The position numbers and the translations under genes were made by a program. From NCBI GenBank assembly GCA_030666865.1, contig DAOUWZ010000001.1, positions 44,753-108,752 on the forward strand: a stretch of 64,000 bases of DNA, written 5' to 3'. The notes beneath the pieces were generated by a model. That model saw only the letters and a program-made list of their open reading frames with translations. It was not told where the DNA came from and made no database searches. Each line of letters starts with the position of its first letter. Within the stretch, counting starts at the first letter, position 1. Source of the stretch: a bacterium. Lineage in GTDB: Bacteria > Patescibacteriota > Patescibacteriia > S139-126. Shown here piece after piece: positions 58,330-64,000 of this stretch.

Positions 58330-59544
58330 CTATTTGATTTTTACAAATTTGCGTTTTCCTACTTGAATAATATCACCTGATTTAATGCTAACTTCGGTAA
58401 GTTTCATATCCCATTGCTTAAATTTTTTATTATTAATCTTAACAGCCCCGCTTTTTATATGTTCCTTAGCTTTATTTTTTGATTCAACTAAATTAAATTC
58501 CACCAACAAATCATACAAAAACCACTCAGCTGCTTTTTTGGGCAAAGCAACCTCTTTAATATTATCAGGCAGGGCTTTATCTTTGAAAACTTTGTTAAAT
58601 TCTTGCATAGCTTTATCAGCTTCATTTTGAGAATGATACATAGCTACAATCGCCTTACCTAATTCTACTTTTAAATCACGCGGATTCTTTCCTTGATCAA
58701 GCTCCTGCTTAACTCGGTCGAGATCTTCAGTTTTATATCTAGCAGCTAGTTCAAAATATGATAACAACAGCTTGTCGGGAATAGACATAATTTTCCCAAA
58801 CTGTTCACTTGGACTTTCGTCTAACCCAATATAATTTCCCAACGATTGACTCATTTTCATTTTTCCATCAGTGCCCACTAAAAGCGGTACTGTCACAATG
58901 TCCTGCGGTAGCCGTCCAGCAGACTCTTGCAAACCCCGAGCTTGCAGTTCGTTAAATTTTTGATCCGTACCTATTACAGTTAAATCAGATTCTAGCTCAA
59001 CTGAATCCCAACCTTGCAACATTGGATAAATTGGCTCGTGAAAATATATCTCTTTTTCATTTTTAATTCTAGTTTGGAACATATCACGCTCTAACATTCG
59101 AGCTACTGTAAACCTAGAAATCAATTTTAAACCATCCTCAAAAGACCATTTATCATACCATTCACTATTGTCTCTAATCTCTATTTTATCAACATCCAAA
59201 ACTCTTGCTAGTTGTTTAAGATAATTTTTTGATTTATCCTTAACTTCTTTTTTGTTTTTCATTTCTCTAGATTTATCCTTATCAGTCGGATCACCAAATC
59301 TACCAGTAAAACCGCCAATCAAAAAAATTATCTTATGCCCAAGTTCTTGAAATTCTCGAAGTTTATGATATACTACCCCGTAACCTAAATGTAAATCTTT
59401 AGAAGTAGGATCGACCCCATGTTTAACCCTTAACACTTTTCCGGAAATTAATTTTTTTTCTAAATCGGATTTTACCAAAACTTCATCCACTCCTAAAGTA
59501 AGTAATTCTCGTATTCTCTTTTTATTTGTTATAACTTTAGCCAT
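58330..59544 (-). CDS. tyrS: Tyrosine--tRNA ligase
   Basis: DPTSKDLHLG, YPMLQGWD, GTDQKFN, KMSQS, C-terminal S4 domain. Confidence 0.96.
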   Translation of the reverse strand: MAKVITNKKRIRELLTLGVDEVLVKSDLEKKLISGKVLRVKHGVDPTSKDLHLGYGVVYHKLREFQELGHKIIFLIGGFTGRFGDPTDKDKSREMKNKKEVKDKSKNYLKQLARVLDVDKIEIRDNSEWYDKWSFEDGLKLISRFTVARMLERDMFQTRIKNEKEIYFHEPIYPMLQGWDSVELESDLTVIGTDQKFNELQARGLQESAGRLPQDIVTVPLLVGTDGKMKMSQSLGNYIGLDESPSEQFGKIMSIPDKLLLSYFELAARYKTEDLDRVKQELDQGKNPRDLKVELGKAIVAMYHSQNEADKAMQEFNKVFKDKALPDNIKEVALPKKAAEWFLYDLLVEFNLVESKNKAKEHIKSGAVKINNKKFKQWDMKLTEVSIKSGDIIQVGKRKFVKIK

Positions 59545-59671
59545 AGTTATTATTTGGGTTACGTGTTAGATATTACATGTTATAATTATTATACAGAATT
59601 ATCAACTAAATAAAAAGTAAAAAAACTTAAAAAAATTCACATATTAATAACAGTTTGTTCAAATTAATCCT

Positions 59672-62242
59672 ATGGGTACAAGCAAAAACTATAAACAAGT
59701 GCACTCACCTAAATATTGGCAAAAAAAGAGTGGGTCAAAAAGAAAAAATCGCAAGTCAAATAAAAATATATCCAAACAAAAAATAATAAAATTTGGTATT
59801 TATTCTTTTGTTAGTTTAATCTTGTTTGGTCTTATTTTTGTATCCATTCTATTTGTTTGGATATCAAAAGATTTGCCTGAACCAGGAAAATTGCAAAAAA
59901 GACTATTAGCGGAAACTACAAAAATATACGATCGAACTGGAGAACACCTGCTTTATGAAATTCATGGAGATCAAAAAAGAACCCTTATTAAGCTAGAGGA
60001 GATACCAGATCACACCAAATTTGCATTTATTGCCCTTGAAGATAAAAACTTTTGGCAACACAAAGGGCTCTCCTTGAAACATATTTTTAAGGCTGTGATT
60101 TTTTACAGTTTTAAAAAAATAGGTTTGTATAGGGGGTTGGTGCCTGGCGGCTCAACCTTAACCCAGCAATTTGTAAAAAACTCAATTTTAACTCGTGAAA
60201 AAACTTTAGCCAGAAAACTAAAAGAGTGGATTTTAGCTTATCAAATAGAAAAAAAATTCACCAAGGAACAAATCCTTGAATTATATTTCAACGAAATACC
60301 GTTTGGCTCAACCGCTTATGGAATAGAATCGGCTGCCCAAACATATTTAGCAAAATCTGCAAAAGACCTTACTTTGGCAGAAAGCGCCATCTTAGCCGCT
60401 ATGATTCAAGCGCCAACCTATTATTCACCTTACGGTAATCACACTGATGAACTTTACAATCGTCAAAAATTTGTTTTGTCAGAAATGGTTGATATGGGAT
60501 TTGTATCCGAACAAGAAGTTGAGGAAGCAAAAAAACAAAATATTAAATTTGAAAGATCTATTTCTAATATCAAGGCTCCGCACTTTGTTTTGTACGTTAA
60601 AGAACAATTAACTGAAAAATTCGGCGAACGTTTAGTTGAACAAGGTGGACTTAAAGTTTTCACCTCTCTTGATATTTACAAACAGAATATTGCTGAAGAG
60701 ACTATTAATAAATTTGCTGAAGGGAATCAAAAAAATTGGGAGGCTAGCAATGCCGCTCTGGTTTCTCTTGATCCTAAAACAGGGGAAATTTTAGCTATGG
60801 TTGGTTCTAAAGATTTTTTTAATGAAGAAATTGACGGACAAGTAAATATCGCCTTAAGAGCCAGACAACCAGGATCTTCTTTTAAACCAATAGTTTACAC
60901 CGCCGCCTGGCAACAAGGCTATTTTCCTGAAACTGTTATTTTTGACGTTGTAACAAAATTTAAAACTGAAACAGGTAAGGATTATGAACCTCACAATTAT
61001 GACTATGAAGAACATGGTCCAGTATCACTAAAAAAAGCCCTGCAAGGATCTTTAAACATCTCTGCTGTTAAAACTATTTATTTAGCTGGAGTTAGTAATG
61101 TTTTAGATTTAGCTGAAAAACTAGGTTACACCACTTTGTCTGACAGATCACGCTTTGGTTTGTCGCTTGTTTTAGGTGGTGGCGAAATAAAATTATTAGA
61201 ACATGTAGCTGCTTTTGGGGTTATTGCCAGAGAAGGAATAAAACAAGAACCAATATCAATACTTAAAATAGAAGATGCAAGTGGTAATATTTTAGATGAA
61301 GTAAAAATAAAAAAAGGTGACAGAGTGATGAATGAACAAATTGCTCGTATTACCAATTATATACTATCTGATGATAATGCTAGATCGTATGTATTTGGTA
61401 CAAGAAGCTTGCTTACTCTACCAAATAGATCTGTTGCTTCAAAAACCGGTACTACCAACAACTACCGCGATGCATGGACAATAGGTTATACCCCGTCGTT
61501 AGTAACTGGTGTTTGGGTGGGTAATAACAATAATTCAGAAATGAAAAAAGGCGCTTCTGGTTATCAAGTGGCTGCTCCAATTTGGCACGAATATATGTCT
61601 TTGGTTTTAGGCGACACACCACCTGAGGAATTCAAAAAACCTAAATATGAATTACCTGAAAAATCAATGCTCGGCGGTTCTATTGGAAAAGAAACAATAG
61701 TAACAATAGACAAGTCAAGCGGTCTATTAGCTAGTGAATACACCCCTGAACACTTAAAAGAAAACAAAACATATCGTGAGTTACATAATATTCTTTATTT
61801 TATCAATAAAAATAATTTATCTGATCCTGAACCTGGTTATGCTTCAAACGATATACAATTTGAAAGTTGGGAACAAGCAGTTGTGACTTGGGCGATTGAT
61901 CAGGAAATTGATATAAATGAAGAACCACCAAAAGAATTTGACAACATTCATATTTTAAAAAATAAACCATTTTTAGCTATTTTAGAACCGTGGCCTGATA
62001 GTAAAATAGACAAGTCTTTCAATGTTAGAATTGAATGGGAGGCTTTATTACCTATTAAAAAAATAGAATATTATGTTGATGATGTTTTATTGGTTACAAA
62101 AAAAAATAACTTTACCAACCAAATAAATCAACTATTAATTTTGCCAAACACCTTTTTAAAAGGAGATCATTATTTAAAAATTGTTATTTATGACGAAGAA
62201 GAAAATTCAAATCTAGCTTGGCATAAAATAATACTAAAATAA
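59672..62242 (+). CDS. Class A penicillin-binding protein (PBP1A family)
   Basis: EDKNF, GGSTLTQQ, RKLKE; SSFK, SLN, KTGT. Confidence 0.95.
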   Translation: MGTSKNYKQVHSPKYWQKKSGSKRKNRKSNKNISKQKIIKFGIYSFVSLILFGLIFVSILFVWISKDLPEPGKLQKRLLAETTKIYDRTGEHLLYEIHGDQKRTLIKLEEIPDHTKFAFIALEDKNFWQHKGLSLKHIFKAVIFYSFKKIGLYRGLVPGGSTLTQQFVKNSILTREKTLARKLKEWILAYQIEKKFTKEQILELYFNEIPFGSTAYGIESAAQTYLAKSAKDLTLAESAILAAMIQAPTYYSPYGNHTDELYNRQKFVLSEMVDMGFVSEQEVEEAKKQNIKFERSISNIKAPHFVLYVKEQLTEKFGERLVEQGGLKVFTSLDIYKQNIAEETINKFAEGNQKNWEASNAALVSLDPKTGEILAMVGSKDFFNEEIDGQVNIALRARQPGSSFKPIVYTAAWQQGYFPETVIFDVVTKFKTETGKDYEPHNYDYEEHGPVSLKKALQGSLNISAVKTIYLAGVSNVLDLAEKLGYTTLSDRSRFGLSLVLGGGEIKLLEHVAAFGVIAREGIKQEPISILKIEDASGNILDEVKIKKGDRVMNEQIARITNYILSDDNARSYVFGTRSLLTLPNRSVASKTGTTNNYRDAWTIGYTPSLVTGVWVGNNNNSEMKKGASGYQVAAPIWHEYMSLVLGDTPPEEFKKPKYELPEKSMLGGSIGKETIVTIDKSSGLLASEYTPEHLKENKTYRELHNILYFINKNNLSDPEPGYASNDIQFESWEQAVVTWAIDQEIDINEEPPKEFDNIHILKNKPFLAILEPWPDSKIDKSFNVRIEWEALLPIKKIEYYVDDVLLVTKKNNFTNQINQLLILPNTFLKGDHYLKIVIYDEEENSNLAWHKIILK

Positions 62243-62243
62243 A

Positions 62244-62285
62244 ATATCAAAAAAACAGAATTTTCAATCTCTGTTTTTTTGATAT
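62244..62285. terminator. Bidirectional terminator between PBP and dnaN
   Basis: atatcaaaaaaacaga / tctgtttttttgatat. Confidence 0.65.
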
Positions 62286-62291
62286 AAAAAT

Positions 62292-63392
62292 TTATTGCTT
62301 AATAGGCATTATTATATACAAATAATCATCCTTATTTTTAGCTTTAACAACTCCTGGCAGGGCTTTGTTGTTTAAATTAAATTCAATCTCTTCACCCTCT
62401 ACAATATTTAAAACATCTAAAATATAATGATAATTAAAAATTATATCATTCTGATCCCCTTTCACAATCGCCTCTATAATATTTTGGCTTTCTCCTAATT
62501 GATCATTAACAGCTTTTACCTCTATTTTATCTTTTAATACAATAAGATGAATATCGTTAATTCCTTGCCTGCAAAACAAACTTGCTGCTTTAATAATTTG
62601 TTGAAAATCATTTCTTTTTACTATTGTTTTGGTTTTGGTTTCTGTAGGAATTACTTGTTTATAATCAGGATATTCTCCTTCCGTTATACGTGACACCATC
62701 CTTGTTGAATCCACTTCAAATAAAATCTGGTTATCATTTAAACTTATTGTTAACTCACCTTCATCTTCCATGTCGCTCAAAACCCTGTTTAACTCCTGTA
62801 AACTAAATGATGGTATAATCACTTTTTTTTCAAATCCTTTGTTTATTATTTCCACTTTCTTTTCTGCTAGTCTGTAACTATCAGTGGCTACTAAAGTTAA
62901 TCCATCTTCTTGAAAATCAAAAAGAACTCCACTTATTTCTGGTCTGGTGGTGTCCATTGCGGTTGCAAATAAAACAGAAGAAAGTGATTTTTTCATTATT
63001 TTTTTCATCACCTTAATTGTATTTTTCTTTTCAATTTCTGGTATTAAAGGGAATTCTGAAGCATCTAAACCCTTTATAACCGTTTGGGAATTTTTTGTTG
63101 TTATAGAAAGATTTTTTTCATCCCATTTTAATTCAATGTTTTCGTTTCTTAAACTTTGAATATAATCATTAAAAAGCTTTGCTGGAACCGTAAAAACACC
63201 CTCTTGTTCCATTTTACCTCTCACAGTACTTTTTATTCCTATTTCTAAATTTGTGGTTGCTAAAAATAAAATTCCGTTTTTAACTTCTATAAGAACGTTA
63301 TTTAAAACTGGTAAGTTTTTGTTTTTTCCTGCTAGGTGACTTACTAAATTTAATCCCTTTTTTAAATTTTCTTGGGTACATGTAAATTTCAT
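62292..63392 (-). CDS. dnaN: DNA polymerase III beta clamp
   Basis: LPVLNNV, ATDSYRL, GEYPDY, IIMPI. Confidence 0.97.
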   Translation of the reverse strand: MKFTCTQENLKKGLNLVSHLAGKNKNLPVLNNVLIEVKNGILFLATTNLEIGIKSTVRGKMEQEGVFTVPAKLFNDYIQSLRNENIELKWDEKNLSITTKNSQTVIKGLDASEFPLIPEIEKKNTIKVMKKIMKKSLSSVLFATAMDTTRPEISGVLFDFQEDGLTLVATDSYRLAEKKVEIINKGFEKKVIIPSFSLQELNRVLSDMEDEGELTISLNDNQILFEVDSTRMVSRITEGEYPDYKQVIPTETKTKTIVKRNDFQQIIKAASLFCRQGINDIHLIVLKDKIEVKAVNDQLGESQNIIEAIVKGDQNDIIFNYHYILDVLNIVEGEEIEFNLNNKALPGVVKAKNKDDYLYIIMPIKQ

Positions 63393-63660
63393 ACTTTTAT
63401 AATATTATATTTATATATTAAATATTAATAATAGTAATAGTGATGTGAATTGTGTTAAGAAGTTGTTTTTTTAACTAAGGTTGGTCTAAATTTAGTTAAC
63501 AGCTCTTATTATAAAACAATGAAAAAGGTGTTAACAAATATTGTTTATTGTTTATTGTTTATTTGTTAATATTTTTTAAACAGTTTTTTGCACACAATTA
63601 TTGTTAGTTTTAAAAATTTTTTAAACAGCTTTTTACAAAGCTTATAAACAATTTTTTAAA
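63393..63660. other. Probable replication origin (oriC)
   Basis: dnaA-dnaN intergenic position; AT-rich DUE, TAA/TAG trio tract 63426-63444, several TTNT(T/A)AACA-like boxes. Confidence 0.7.
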
Positions 63661-64000
63661 TTAACTTGAATTATATATTTTTTCTTTTATTAAATTTATA
63701 TCTCTAGAAATTTTTTCATCCTTATCAATCTCTAAATTAATTTTATTACAAGCGTGCATAGCAGTAGTATGATCTCTACCACCTAGCTCGTTGCCAATAT
63801 TCGGATAAGAGGCGTTCAATTCTTCTCTCATTAAATACATTACTATCTGTCTAGGAACCACAAGCTCTTTTTTTCTACTATTTCCAGTCAAACCATCTAT
63901 GGTAATGTCAAAATATTCCGAAACGGTTTGAATGAGTTTTTTTGGTGTAATATGTGCTTTTTTTGAACTAGTTGATACAGAAGATATAATATTTTTTATA
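63661..64000 (-). CDS. dnaA: Chromosomal replication initiator DnaA, domain IV (partial)
   Basis: PRQIVMYL, IG.ELGGRDHTTAMHA; frame continues to the window edge. Confidence 0.95.
   Translation of the reverse strand, partial: IKNIISSVSTSSKKAHITPKKLIQTVSEYFDITIDGLTGNSRKKELVVPRQIVMYLMREELNASYPNIGNELGGRDHTTAMHACNKINLEIDKDEKISRDINLIKEKIYNSS

Overview
AT-rich (visually estimated, not computed) bacterial chromosome segment using the standard genetic code. Gene content points to a Patescibacteria (CPR, Parcubacteria/ABY1-like) genome; this is inferred, not proven. Housekeeping genes include the polA 3' end, gyrA, rpsA, nrdDG, galU, hppA, nusA, tsaDE, nfo, tig, yebC-ruvC, tyrS, PBP1A, dnaN and the dnaA 3' end, with a probable oriC between dnaA and dnaN. 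There is also a six-gene VirB2/TrbC-like pilin array, a surface-modification cluster (GT2, GT-C-like, NoeA/NoeB-like, YLDPGTGS peptide), a glycogen cluster with two glgA genes and APH-fold kinases, four intact tRNAs and a cobalamin riboswitch on nrdD. The most striking pattern recurs at three tRNA loci (Ser-CGA, Glu-TTC, Gly-GCC). Upstream of each intact tRNA lies a broken, 3'-truncated same-type tRNA copy interrupted by 15-21 nt GC-rich mini-hairpins. At two loci a small stand-alone GIY-YIG nuclease gene with a damaged N-terminus sits between the copies. This suggests an integrase-free, tRNA-targeting GIY-YIG/mini-hairpin element seen at three stages of decay. At least five families of short palindromic REP-like repeats are dispersed through the window, one inserted in frame inside nfo.
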